DNA of 64,000 nt, taken from the NCBI RefSeq assembly GCF_963506605.1, contig NC_083279.1, positions 79,360,001 to 79,424,000 of the forward strand. The letters run 5' to 3'. The position numbers were made by a program, and so were the translations under genes. The stretch is from Zootoca vivipara (lineage: Eukaryota). The notes under the pieces are model-generated. The model did no database searches, was not told the origin of the DNA, and worked only from the letters and a program-made list of their open reading frames with translations. This document shows positions 38,770-50,050 of the stretch, piece by piece (the stretch's first letter is position 1; every line of letters starts with the position of its first letter).

Positions 38770-39278
38770 ATGTGTGCGGAACGGCTTCATATATGCCAAG
38801 TTTCAGGCAAGTTCCTGGATGCTCTGGTTGTGTTGTACAAAAGTCAGAGGTTCCTGCATACACTGTCACTGCCCATACACATCTCTCTGTCCTCCAGCCA
38901 GCCAAGCAAGAGGCAGAATCACAGTGCAAAGACATATTCCAGCTGGCAAAAGCACTCAAGGGGGATTGTAGTGCTGGGCCACTGCAGGCAGGGCCGGCGC
39001 GTCCATTTAGGCAAACTAGGCAGGTGCCTAGGGCGCCAAAATGGAGGGGGCGCTGACCAGCCTGCCCACCGCCCCCGGTGCTGCCTGGGGCCGCCTCCAC
39101 TGCGCCTGTCACCTGTTGAGCGGCTTCAGGCCACTATCCTGAGGCGCGTGTGCATACCTAGCTGGGCATCATTTAGCAGAAGCTCTCCCCATCACTGCAT
39201 ACCCATGCTGGGGGAAAGGTTCATCAGTAGGAATTATCATGCTGCTGTCAAAAGGCAAAAGAGCCTTCTCTGTACCAG
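38770..39278 (+). other. Candidate alternative 5' coding exon (phase-2 donor), partly MITE-derived
   Basis: The 225-codon open frame 38605-39282 ends at a strong donor CAG|gtgagc (39278/9) in phase 2; in-frame ATGs at 38770 and 39205. Confidence 0.35.
38989..39158. mobile_element. Truncated GC-rich MITE (left end CAGGGCCGG)
   Basis: Shares terminus and internal module with 39457-39898. Confidence 0.65.
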
Positions 39279-39456
39279 GTGAGCAATTATATATTGTACA
39301 TGATATTGTTGGATCACGTACATGCACTCGTACATGTGGAGAACCCCAGGCTCAGAGTCAATTGTGGCCCTCTAGGGCTGTCTGGCCCTTGGGACCCTTC
39401 CCAGGTCACACTGCTTTCCAGGCCAAGCTCCCTCTCCCCATGCTACAACCTGCAGT

Positions 39457-39898
39457 CAGGGCCGGTGCTAGGGTTTTTTGCACCCTTCTGGCGCCCCCCC
39501 CCATTAATAAAAAATAGAAAATAAAATAATAAATAAATAAAAATAAAAAATAGAAAAAATAAAAAGTAGAATAAATAAAAATAGAAAATAGAAAAAATAA
39601 AAATAAGATAAAAAATAAAATAAAAAACAGCTGAGAGGAGCGGCGAGATGGCCCCAGGCTCGCGCTCCCTGCGCGCCTCTGGAGCTTTGCGCGGGGAGCG
39701 CAAGCCTGGGGCCGCCTCCACCGCGGCTGTCAGCTGTTGAGCGGCTTCAGGCCGCTCTCCGGAGGCATGCACACACCTCGGGATAGCGGCCTGAAGCTGC
39801 TCACGGAGGAAGCAGCCCCAGGCTCACGCGCGCCTCGGGAGCTTCGCTCAGCCTCTACTGCGGCTGTCAGCTGTTGAGCGGCTTCAGGCCGCTCTCCT
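39457..39898. mobile_element. Truncated GC-rich MITE with A-rich tract (39505-39628) and repeated palindromic modules
   Basis: CAGGGCCGG terminus; gctgtcagctgttgagcggcttcaggccgctctcc occurs twice plus one inverted copy. Confidence 0.7.
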
Positions 39899-40215
39899 TA
39901 AAAAAACAAACAAGAAACAAATCAACTTATTTCATGCAGTGGTAGTATCTGCTACAGGAATAAATACCAGTGTGGTATTTCTTACAATGCACATGTAGAG
40001 TGTGAAGGACCGTCCTTAAATCAGCGGAAGGGGGACCTCAGTTTAGTGGCTCAAATGTGGTCCTCTAGCCTTCTCTATCTGTCCCTAGCGACTCTTCCCA
40101 GGCCACACCGCTCTCTGGCCTTGTGTCACATACCCTGTGAGTGCTTTAGCCTGGTTGTAATATGTCCTTGAACTCTGATGATGATGACTGTTGCTTGTCT
40201 GGATGGAGGATAGAG

Positions 40216-40219
40216 GTGT

Positions 40220-40269
<50 letters not shown>
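40216..40269. repeat. (TG)n microsatellite inside an old MITE (about 40022-40408)
   Basis: Direct reading. Confidence 0.95.
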
Positions 40270-40273
<4 letters not shown>

Positions 40274-41566
40274 ACTAGCCTACTGGTCAAAAGGTAAATA
40301 TTATATTCACTCCTCCATCCACTTTTGCCCCTAGCCCCACCTACTGCTGGAATCTGGCCCCCAAAAGGGAGTGTGGTCCTTGAGCTGAAAAAGGTTTCCC
40401 AACTCTGCCTCAAATGCTTGAATTTCTTACTTGGTTTAGGGTCCCTGATGTCTGGCCATGAGTATTTAACAAGTGCATATATTTCCCTATGATGTTTGGA
40501 TATTTGCTGCAGGAAACAAGCACGATTACCACACAAAGTTCTCTCAGTTTTGTGCCCAACTTACCGTAAGTCAAGGGAACTTGGGTACTGCCACAATTTG
40601 CTCCCTTATTCCACATTTGAAAGTTGGAAATTGGAATGTTTAAAAGGTCAGCATTACGAAATAGTTCTTAAAAAAACAGATGCACTGTTTCACTTGCAGG
40701 AAAACAAAGCAGTAAAGTGAATTTCAACCACCCCACTTACTTTAATCGGTCCAGAAGTGGTAGTGGGGTGTTAATGTGCTCCTTCTATTCTGAAGCTCCT
40801 CTAGAAGATTGTTTTGCTGCTCGGTGTTGCAGCAATATTAGAGCTATATAAGAGGGAGAAAAGCCTCTCTCAATCCACTTTCTCCACACTCTGCACAAAT
40901 TTTGTAAACCTCCTTCATGTAAACCAGGAATAGAGAATAGCCTTTAGGTGATGGTGAGGCAGGTGGATGTGAATTGGGTGAGTTTAGGTATTTAGATGAT
41001 GTTTTCACTTAATGTTGCACTGGATTTTTACGAGCGTAAAATAGATAATTGGTTTATCTCCATGCTCTCAGTAGATTGGTGGCATACAAATGTGATAAAA
41101 TAAATGAATCAAGACTTACCTGTTGTAGGAATGTGAAATTATGCACAGTTATGTTTGTAGGATCCACTTATGAATTATGAAAATAGAGTACAGTTTGGAA
41201 TGAGCCATGTCAAATGATGGAATCTTCATTGAAAAGGTGCGTTCAGTGTAGCATGGTTAGGGATGGGAGCTGAAAATGAGAGAAAATTAAAAGGTGGCTA
41301 AAGCTTCAGTTGGCTAGTCTAGCAACTGTAGTCCTTTTTATCCATAGGAAGTTAGATTTGCTGGGCTGTGGCTTAAAAGAAGCCAAGGATATAGGTGGAA
41401 GTTCGTATAAACAGCGGAGGCTCTTAGTAACAAAGAAAGGCATGTCACAATATTTTTACTGTAAGATTAGAGCAAACACTACGTAGTTTCCATACATGAG
41501 TATGTAGGAAACAACTTTTCCCTATTAGCCAATAATCTATTTGGGATGGCAGTAGCTAATGGAATC

Positions 41567-41796
41567 CAGTTCCCAACATGGGGCACACACCCCACAGGGT
41601 GGGCAATTTGATTTTTAGGGGGGGGCAATTCGAAAATGAGTTATTAACAGTTAATGGCCTTTCAGGCTTTCTCCATGTGAATAGGAGTTCACTTTTTGAA
41701 TAATAAGAATTATATGTCACTGGGGGTGGGGGGTGGGGATCAGGATTTTAGAGATGCTTAGGTGGGGCATGGCCAAAAAAAGGTTGGGAACCACGG
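41567..41796. mobile_element. hAT-type MITE
   Basis: cagttcccaac ... gttgggaaccac termini. Confidence 0.7.
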
Positions 41797-42928
41797 TTCT
41801 ATACCGTAAAAAAGTTTGTAACAATGACAAGCAGAAATGTAGCCGATTGGACATTTCTCTGCATGAATCTGCCATAGCGGAATAAAAACCCAGCTGCTAA
41901 ATTGCCTATTATTATCGTTATTATTTATTAAATTTATATACTGCCCTTCATCCTGATTGTGCGTCGTAGGGAATGCATATCATGCAAGGTCTTTTTTTTT
42001 TTTTACTTGTGACATATCCTAATGTGAGTGACTACTCTGTGTGGCATTATCAGTCTTGCTCTAGTTATCCCATGCTACCTATATGGAACATGTTGGATTT
42101 CTAGGTTGCAACATGTTACAGGGGGGAAACTTGTTTTTAGGATTACCGGTTTGCGACCCAGAAAGCTAAAACTACCTGCATCCAAGCAAAGAAAGCTGCA
42201 AATACCCCCATCTGGGAATTAGTAAATCTATATGGTAGTTCCCTGACAACCCTAAGAGCAAATTAACACAGTGTTATATACTGGAGGGTACATAAAATTT
42301 CCCTAGTTCCATTTACCTTTAGACTTCGGTACAGCAGGCATTTGGAAAGACTACAGCATGGTGCTGAAATGTAATTATTTCCCAAATCATAAATTTACTA
42401 GGACTACAGACATACTGTTCCTCAGTAGCATTCGTAATTCCAAACATCAGAGCGTTATGAATATAGACTGCTGAGGCGACTATTTAGTGTGACTTGTTGA
42501 GCTGCAATATAAGTGATGGGAAGTGTTGATCTGCCACCCAGACTGACTACTCGATTGTAATACCTAATCCTCTAAATTGCAAAGGGCTTTTGAACATATT
42601 AAGCGTATTTTTCTTGGTTTGATGCTTTTGGAATATTGTCTCTGTCATCTGGGGCCGCTTGTTACAATGGTCCACTTTTTACTCTCCTGTTTGCTGGACT
42701 TCTGCTCTTTTGTGGGAAAAGCAGCAATGCTTCCAATACGGTCTGTGAAAAAAGATTTTTCCCACTGTTTTATAATGAAAGCCTTTTTATACAAGCCTCG
42801 TCTGTGCTATGAAAAGTTACCCAGATCTGACAAGAGGCACAATCTGCCAAGCATTGCTTCTCAACGGATCTGGTTCATTTCTTTGGAGCAAACGTGGGAT
42901 CCACCGTATGTAAGGCATTCCTGTAGCA

Positions 42929-43232
42929 CAGGGGTGGCCAACTCCCAAGAGACTGTGATCTACTCACAGAGTTAAAAACTGGCACTGATCTACCCCCCTT
43001 TTGGGGGTTAAGGTCAAAGTTGTTGGGCTTTTTTTTAGGAAGGAGGAAGGCCCATTTTGAGGGGGTTTGGGTCAAAGTTGTTGAGTTTTTTCAGGGACGA
43101 GGTAAAATAGCTTTTTTTAGGGGAGCCACAGTTGTTCAGCTTCTTTGGAGGGAGCCAATGATCTACCAGTGATCTACCGCAGACGTCCAGTGATCTACCG
43201 GTAGATCACGATCTACCTGTTGGACATGCCTG
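42929..43232. mobile_element. hAT MITE with GATCTAC subterminal repeats
   Basis: CAGGGGTGGCCAAC / GTTGGACATGCCTG TIRs; TSD ctgtagca/ctatagca. Confidence 0.9.
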
Positions 43233-44256
43233 CTATAGCACATAGAGCTAAAAAGGTGGGGTGGGAGCACCTGTACCTTTAGAATGAGATGAATCAGGAT
43301 TTCCTTTCTGTCTGAAAACAGGTTTTACAAGTACTTGCCATTAAGGTTCTAACAAAGGTTTCAGTGCCAGTTGTGCTGTTAAAACATAGCTAATTGCCTT
43401 TTATTGCCAATGTAGAGAATGGGTGGGTGGGTGGGTGTGCTCGCATGCACACATGCATGCTTAGCGCCTGTGCACATCAAAGCTCCTACTGATGGGCCTG
43501 GTTAGGTGACTCCCACCCATACTGTTTTTGCATCACAGTCAATAAAGGATAATATTCCAACCATCTCAGGAGCCAAGTACAGCACCGGGAGTTTACATAT
43601 AATTCCCAGCAAAAACATCACAGATCAGCCTGTGTATCACTCTGTGGCAGCAGAAAGCCCCATGTCTGCAGAACTGCAGTTATTAAAGTGCACAAGGAGG
43701 AATTCTTTGGATGGGGAACTCCAGCGGAAGGGAGTACTCTGCAAGAAGGAACACTTTGCTAATTGTGCAAACAGCCGTGGGGCAGATGGATAATGTTTGT
43801 CACATCTCAAGACCCTTACAGGTGTACTGCTGCAGGACACGATGCAGATATCCTATGGAATTGCAATTCTACTACAACAGTGACTGCAAGGACCGGCTAC
43901 TCCATACAGGTAAGCAAGAGGGTCTTGGCCAGTTTCCTGAACTTCTTCCATCTCCCTCTCCTTGCTTCAAAGTATGCCGAGCACTCAAATATGTATCAGA
44001 GTGTCTCCTCCCATACCCTTTGCCTTGCAGTGTGGGGAAACTGCACTGGTTTAACAAGCCTTCCTTGCTCAAAGGGACGCAAGGCATATAAGTGCTGTGT
44101 GGACATGGGAGAGGGGGCTGCTAGCCACAACTCAGGGAATACAACTTACATGTGTTAGGGTGGGTTGTGGGGAACACATTGGTAGTGAACTCCATGCATT
44201 CCCTTCTTCTTAATGGAATTGTTGGCCAGTCACTCACGACTCTTTCTTCCTTACAG

Positions 44257-44335
44257 GATCAGAGCCAGGGCACATGAAGCAGAAAAAGCTTTCGCTGGAG
44301 AAGGGGGTACCAGTGCAGCTCATTATATTGCATGG
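44257..44335 (+). CDS. SPATA13: Predicted 79-nt internal exon of SPATA13 (phase 2 in, phase 0 out; (R)IRARAHEAEKAFAGEGGTSAAHYIAW)
   Basis: Branch-like cactcac, then tctttcttccttacag|G acceptor and TGG|gtgagt donor; no stop in the frame that joins exon 57668 in phase 0. Confidence 0.65.
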
Positions 44336-46029
44336 GTGAGTATTGGCTCAGTTGCTATATTGTGTCTCCCAGCAGGCTGAATTTCCAAAATCTGAGGTGT
44401 AGCCAATGAAGTCCTACTCTGTAGACCCATTGAAATTAATGGAACTGAGTGAGTCATGCCCATTAATTTTAGTGAGTCTGCTCTCAGCAGGACTAGTATT
44501 CCATGCAGCCCACTGATAGCTGTGGTGGTGGTGGGGGTGCCAATAGGAGAATGGGGGCTGGGGAATGTGGAGCAGAAGAGCACAGAGATGTCACACTCCT
44601 TCTTGAAGATGCATTTGCCAAATGAGCACCCACTCATTCATCTGTTGCAATAGCTATTCGTTCCTCTGCCCATGTCTGTCTTGTCTTGTCTCTTCACAGG
44701 CCACCAAGTAGCCACAGGGGACTGAACATGCACAGGGGAAAGGATGTTTCTTACCGCTACCAGTGCAGAACACCAGGCCTCCAGCAGCAGCAACCAGTGG
44801 GAAGCCTGTGTTCCTATGTGGGGTTGCTGCCTTTTAAATATCCCTGGGCTTCTGTGCCTCTCAGAAGCACATGACAGACAGAAATGCAGCAGGAGCAGCA
44901 GTGCAACAAATGCACTGAGCTGCACTTGTTGCTTAGCTGCCCGTCGTGTCACCCACAGAGTGGCAGGAAACCTATAGCCAGTAGCAACCTCACGTTGCTA
45001 GGATGCTGTCCCTTCAACACTGAAACTGTTCAATAAAAGCTTGTGCCAGTGTCCGCTGTGTTTTTGTCCTGTTGATGGCTGTCCAGCATCTTCACTGTGG
45101 GAACCTCGCAATAGGAGGAGGAGGGCACTGGGCTTTCCATCATCACAGCCCTTCTAGGCTGGCTGGCTGGCTGTGCGGGAATCAGATCCACACCTCTCCT
45201 TTTACACTGCACTGCTCTGTGCTACTGCATTGCTAAGTGGCTGGATGTGTTTCCTTCTGTGAGCTTGCTTTTGTAATGTGTACGCTTCCCTATCCAAACG
45301 GCTCTCTCTCATTCCCCATTGCAAAATGGTTGTTTCCTAAACATAGACACCAACATACACTTATTGTGTGAAATGTTACAAAAAATATTTGCACATTCTC
45401 AGAGCTGGCCCACCCCTGAGGCTGGGTGAGGTGGCCGCTGCAGGTGTCACCCTCCCGGAGCAGTGGCATCCTGTTTCGCTGCCCAGAGTTACCACTGGTT
45501 CCCCCGGCCTTTGGGGGCAGAGAGGGACTGGTGACGAAGCTATGCGGAATGCCTCCCCTCCTGCTGAGTCGGTGAGAGGGGAGGCACTCTGCCACTCGGC
45601 TTTGCCACTAGGCAGGAGGTCTCCAACCAATCCCCTGCCTGAATGGAGGAGCTCAAACAAAGCCCCACTGGGAGGTAGGAGGGGAGGGGGGATTGGGAAT
45701 AAATCTCCCCACCACTGCCCGTTGGGGAAGTCTCCTTATGGAGTTTGCGCCCCGTGGGGCATTTCACTTCAGGTACTGAACTGTCGTGGGCTCCCTCGAC
45801 CTGGGATCTTGTTGTGAATAAATTGGCACTCCTTCCTTTGGTCCTAGCTATTTTCCTGACCAAAGCAGGGGTGGTCCATATTTTTCAGCCCAAGGGTTAC
45901 ATTCTGTTGCAGAAATGTCCACAGGGCCACATGCCAGTGGAGGGTGGGGCCAGGTGTAAAAATGAGTGATGCAATGTAGGTGATGCTTACCTTTCTACAC
46001 TGCGTTACATATACATATACCTCTCTCCA

Positions 46030-46275
46030 TCTGAGAGGACTTTTTCAGTGGCTGCTCCCAGATTGTGGAACTCCCTTCCACCTCTCTGCTTTCCTTTTGC
46101 CAGGAGGCAAATACATTTCTGTTCCAACAGGCCTTTGGCCACCAACTGGCTGTTGCAGCAGGGTCTTCTGAGGATGTTGTACTTTGTGTGCGCACGCATG
46201 TGCTTCTAAATGGTTTAATGTGTTTTCAGTGTTGTTTATAATAGGGTTACCATTTGTTTTAATATTTATACTGTA

Positions 46276-46315
<40 letters not shown>

Positions 46316-46392
46316 TGTGTGGTTTGCATCTGCCTTAATTTATGCTGTGAGCTGCCCTGCACTGAGAGAAGGGTCGGGTATAAAATAAATAA
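46030..46392 (+). mobile_element. L2-type LINE 3' fragment with (CT)n(GT)n, inserted in an old MITE (about 45865-46580)
   Basis: Encodes FSVAAPRLWNSLP, typical of L2 ORF2 C-termini; ends gtgagctgccc..gggtataaaataaataa. Confidence 0.7.
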
Positions 46393-47597
46393 GTCTAGAC
46401 AAGCTAGAGGCAGCACCAGAGTTCAATGACATATACCAGTCAGGCAAAAACAATCAAGGAGGACACAGATCACGGGTGGGGTCTGAAAGTAAGGGGTGGA
46501 GCCTGGGGGACTCTTGAGGGCCCAATAGAGAGGCTTGCAAAGGCACACTTGACCCCTGAGTCTAAGATTCTGCACACCTGCATTTAAAGGGGTATCCCAG
46601 GGCATACCAAGGAATTTGAACCCCCATCAGAGGAGAGCCCTGGAACCTGTGGTTGGTTTTCTCCTAATGCCTAGGACACAGGAGTCTTGTGGTAAGGTGA
46701 GCCCTTATTGGCTTTTTTCTCCTGAGGGCATCCCATGGGTATGGGAGGAACTGTAGAATGGGTTCTGTGACACCAAGTGTCATACTTAACCATGGTGCCA
46801 CCTAGGTGTCACCTAGGTATTTCTGCCTTCCCTGCTTGGTGTGAGTAGAGGGCAATGTCATGAGTGGTGGACAATGGTAGAGTCACTAGTCGTAGTGTGG
46901 ATTGGTGGGAAGTATTGCTGCATTGTTTCTTCATCACATTGGCATTGTCTTGCTTTCTTCTTTGCTGCTTGGAGTGCATACGGTTGTAACTCGTACTATG
47001 GCAACGCAACATTGGCATAGCCATGGCACACTGGCTGGCCATGTAGAGTCTGTGAGAAATCAGAGGCGTGAGATGGAGCCATCTGCAAAGCTAGAGAAGC
47101 TAAGCAGAGGAGCCTTTAAAAAATGCAAGTGTGGGATTAATCTCACAACATTGAATGCTTGAGAAATATGTGCTGAATTAGTCATTTGGACATCAAAGAG
47201 AGTTTTAATGAGATTGACATTTAAACCATTTCAGATCATTGTACAAAAGAGATTTTAGTCTTTTTTAAAAAAAGAAACCAATAGTTAATGAACATAGAAT
47301 GGAATAATGGTTTTCCAGCACTGTTCTGGGAAACACCAGGTTCCTTGGAAGCTCATGGGAGATTCCTCAGTGAGAAGGAGTGGTGGACAAGCTTGCTGGA
47401 GATGTATCTTCCCCTGATATGTAGATTCACATACGGTGCAAGCTCAATATGTACATAGCCATGGTGAGGTCAAACGGGCCTGTTCTGGGCCTTCCATGAA
47501 CTGAGTGCACTCCCTAGACTGAGTGCACTTTTTCAGCAGGGGGCCAGTCCACTGTCCCTCAGACCTTGTGGGAGGTCGGACTATATTCTACGAACTT

Positions 47598-47713
47598 GGG
47601 GTGGTATTCAACTAAGTTTTACTTGGTGTAGACCCACTGAAATTAATGAATATGGCTAAGTTCATTATTTTCCATGGCTCTGCTCTGAGTAAAACTTAAT
47701 TGAATACCACCCC
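47598..47713. mobile_element. Palindromic MITE (related at 44395-44510 and 61335-61562)
   Basis: ggggtggtattcaactaagttttact ... agtaaaacttaattgaataccacccc inverted arms. Confidence 0.8.
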
Positions 47714-49406
47714 AAGTGTGTAGAATGAGCAAGAATGCTAGCTTACCTTATTTTTAAGTCACATTACACATTACTATCTGAAAAATCCCTCCCTCTGTAA
47801 AACCATATTAAGTGAAGTAACACATATTGATTACCATCTAAAGTGCCACCCTTAAGACCATTAAATCCAATGTGTGTGTTCTGGAATACTTTAAGACTAG
47901 AGTAGTCTTTCCCAACCTTGGGTTCCCAGATGATGTTGGACTACAATTCCCATAATCCCTGATCATTGCGTCATACGTCTGGAACTCATTGGAATTGTAG
48001 TGAATCAACTTGTGGGGACCCAAGATTGGGAAAGACTGGAAGAGTGTAACATTACCCCATTGCACCACTATTCTCATGAAGGGGTTTCTCAACAGACAAG
48101 TCAAGGTAGGAAAGATTCCTTGAAACTTGAAAGTTTGGAAACTTCCATAATAGAGGAGAGAGACTACTGGCTGAATTTTCCAAGTCTTCCTTGTGAATGG
48201 CTTTGGATGTTATATTGGGGCAAAGGGAACAGGAAATATTCCCTTTGTCACACTTTAGTGTGACTGTGTCACACTTCCTGTGCCTTTGCATTTCCATCTT
48301 GGGCCAAAACAGTTGTTTTGCATATTCCATGCTGAGGGGACTGCACGTGATCCTGATGCAGGGGCAGCTTGTCCATCTCTCTGTTAGGTTGCAGTCCCAT
48401 GCTCACTGACCAGGAAGTAAGTCTTATTGAACTTCTGGGATTTAGCCCATGCCTAGGATTGCACTGTAAAAGCTGTTTCACACCAGATGGAGATACAGGG
48501 CAACAAGCTATGAGAAGCTCTTACATTTCCTGTTCCCTTTGCAAAAGCCAAAGAGGCTTAGAGGGAGAGATGATGAACATACTATGCATGACTAGAGCTA
48601 CCCCACCTACAAGGGCTGCTCCATCCAGTGACAAAGCTCAGGTCAAGGAAAACAGAAGAAATATAAACCCCTGTTGAAAATATCCCTGCATCTGTAAATG
48701 GGACTCAAAGTGCACAGTTAAGCACTTGATTTTGGTGGGATTTAACCTTTGCTGTATCTTTTCGTACACATCTAATTGTTCAGAGCCTTTCAACATAGCA
48801 ACCGCAGAGGCAGCTAAGGTAACCAGCTTCTTACCAAATTCATTGGGGTATTTTTGTTGCATCATGCAACAAGAGCAGTTATGATGTTGCAAAATGCTTG
48901 TGTTGCTGCAATGTTCTTCTCTTGCTGCAATATTGCAAGAAAAGAAACTCTGCAAATCTTTCAGCAAGCACTCATTGTATGCAATTTTGAGCAGCCTTTC
49001 AGACTGCAACTCTCATCAGCTCCAACCATTATGACTAAAGGTCAGGGATGATGGGAGCTGCAGTGCAACAGCACCTGGAGTATGTCAGGTTGGGAAAGAC
49101 TGAGTTAGAGAAAAATTTGTTAGTTAAGCATAAGAATGGCTCATTAAGGCTACATACATGCTGTACCTTTAAAGCACATTTGAAACATTCTTTCCCTCAA
49201 AGAATGATGGGCTACAGTTTGCTAAGGGTTTCTGGGAATCATACCTCTGGAGGGCTAAACTATAGTGCCCAGAATTCATTGAGGGAATGAATATGTTTCA
49301 AATGTGTTGTAAAGGTAGGAAGAGCCTACTGGATCAGGCCAATGACTCATCTAGTCCACCATCCTGTTCTCATAATGACCAACCAGACCATGCTGATTGT
49401 ATATAG

Positions 49407-49541
49407 CAGGCATCCCCAAACTTCGGCCCTCCAGATGTTTTGGACTACAATTCCCATCTTCCCCGACCACTGGTCCTGTTAGCTAGGGATCGTGGGAGTT
49501 GTAGGCCAAATATCTGGAGGGCCGCAATTTGGGGGTGCCTG
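49407..49541. mobile_element. hAT MITE with perfect 8-bp TSD
   Basis: CAGGCATCCCCAAA / TTTGGGGGTGCCTG; TSD gtatatag at 49399-49406 and 49542-49549. Confidence 0.93.
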
Positions 49542-49869
49542 GTATATAGTGTGTATACAACCTAAGAAATGTGTTTGCTGGACAAAAGATAACCACCTTC
49601 AAAATGTGGGGACTTTACAAATGATTCCACACATACATAGTATAGTGCAACTTTTGCCAGTCTGGTGCCCCCAGATGTTTTGGATCACAACAATATTTGT
49701 CCCAAACATCTGGAAAGCACCAGGTTGGCAAAGGCTGGTATGGATGAACACTTAGAATGGAAGGCTATGGGCATTCAAGATAGGAACCTGCCTTATATGC
49801 CCCCTCTTCCTTCACTTGGAACATTGTTTCAAATCCTGGGATTGGACAAGTTTTAAACTAAAACAAATA

Positions 49870-50050
49870 CTGTATATTCCAGCGTATAAAACGACTGGGC
49901 ATACAAGACGACCCCAACTTTTCCACTTAAAATATAGAGTTTGGGATATACTCGCCGTATAAGAAATACGACCCGGCATATAAGATGACCCCCGACTTTT
50001 GAGAATATTTTCCTGAGTTAAAAAGTAGTCTTATACGCAGGAATATACAG
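49870..50050. mobile_element. Tc1/mariner (pogo-like) MITE
   Basis: TA|CTGTATATTCC.GCGTATAA...TTATACGC.GGAATATACAG|TA. Confidence 0.9.

Noticed and set aside
43822-43915. Strong donor CAG|gtaagc at 43909/10, possible 88-nt exon
   Set aside because: The frame needed to join exon 44257 has TGA at 43881 and the acceptor is weak. It also shows that strong donors occur by chance, which tempers the weaker exon candidates.
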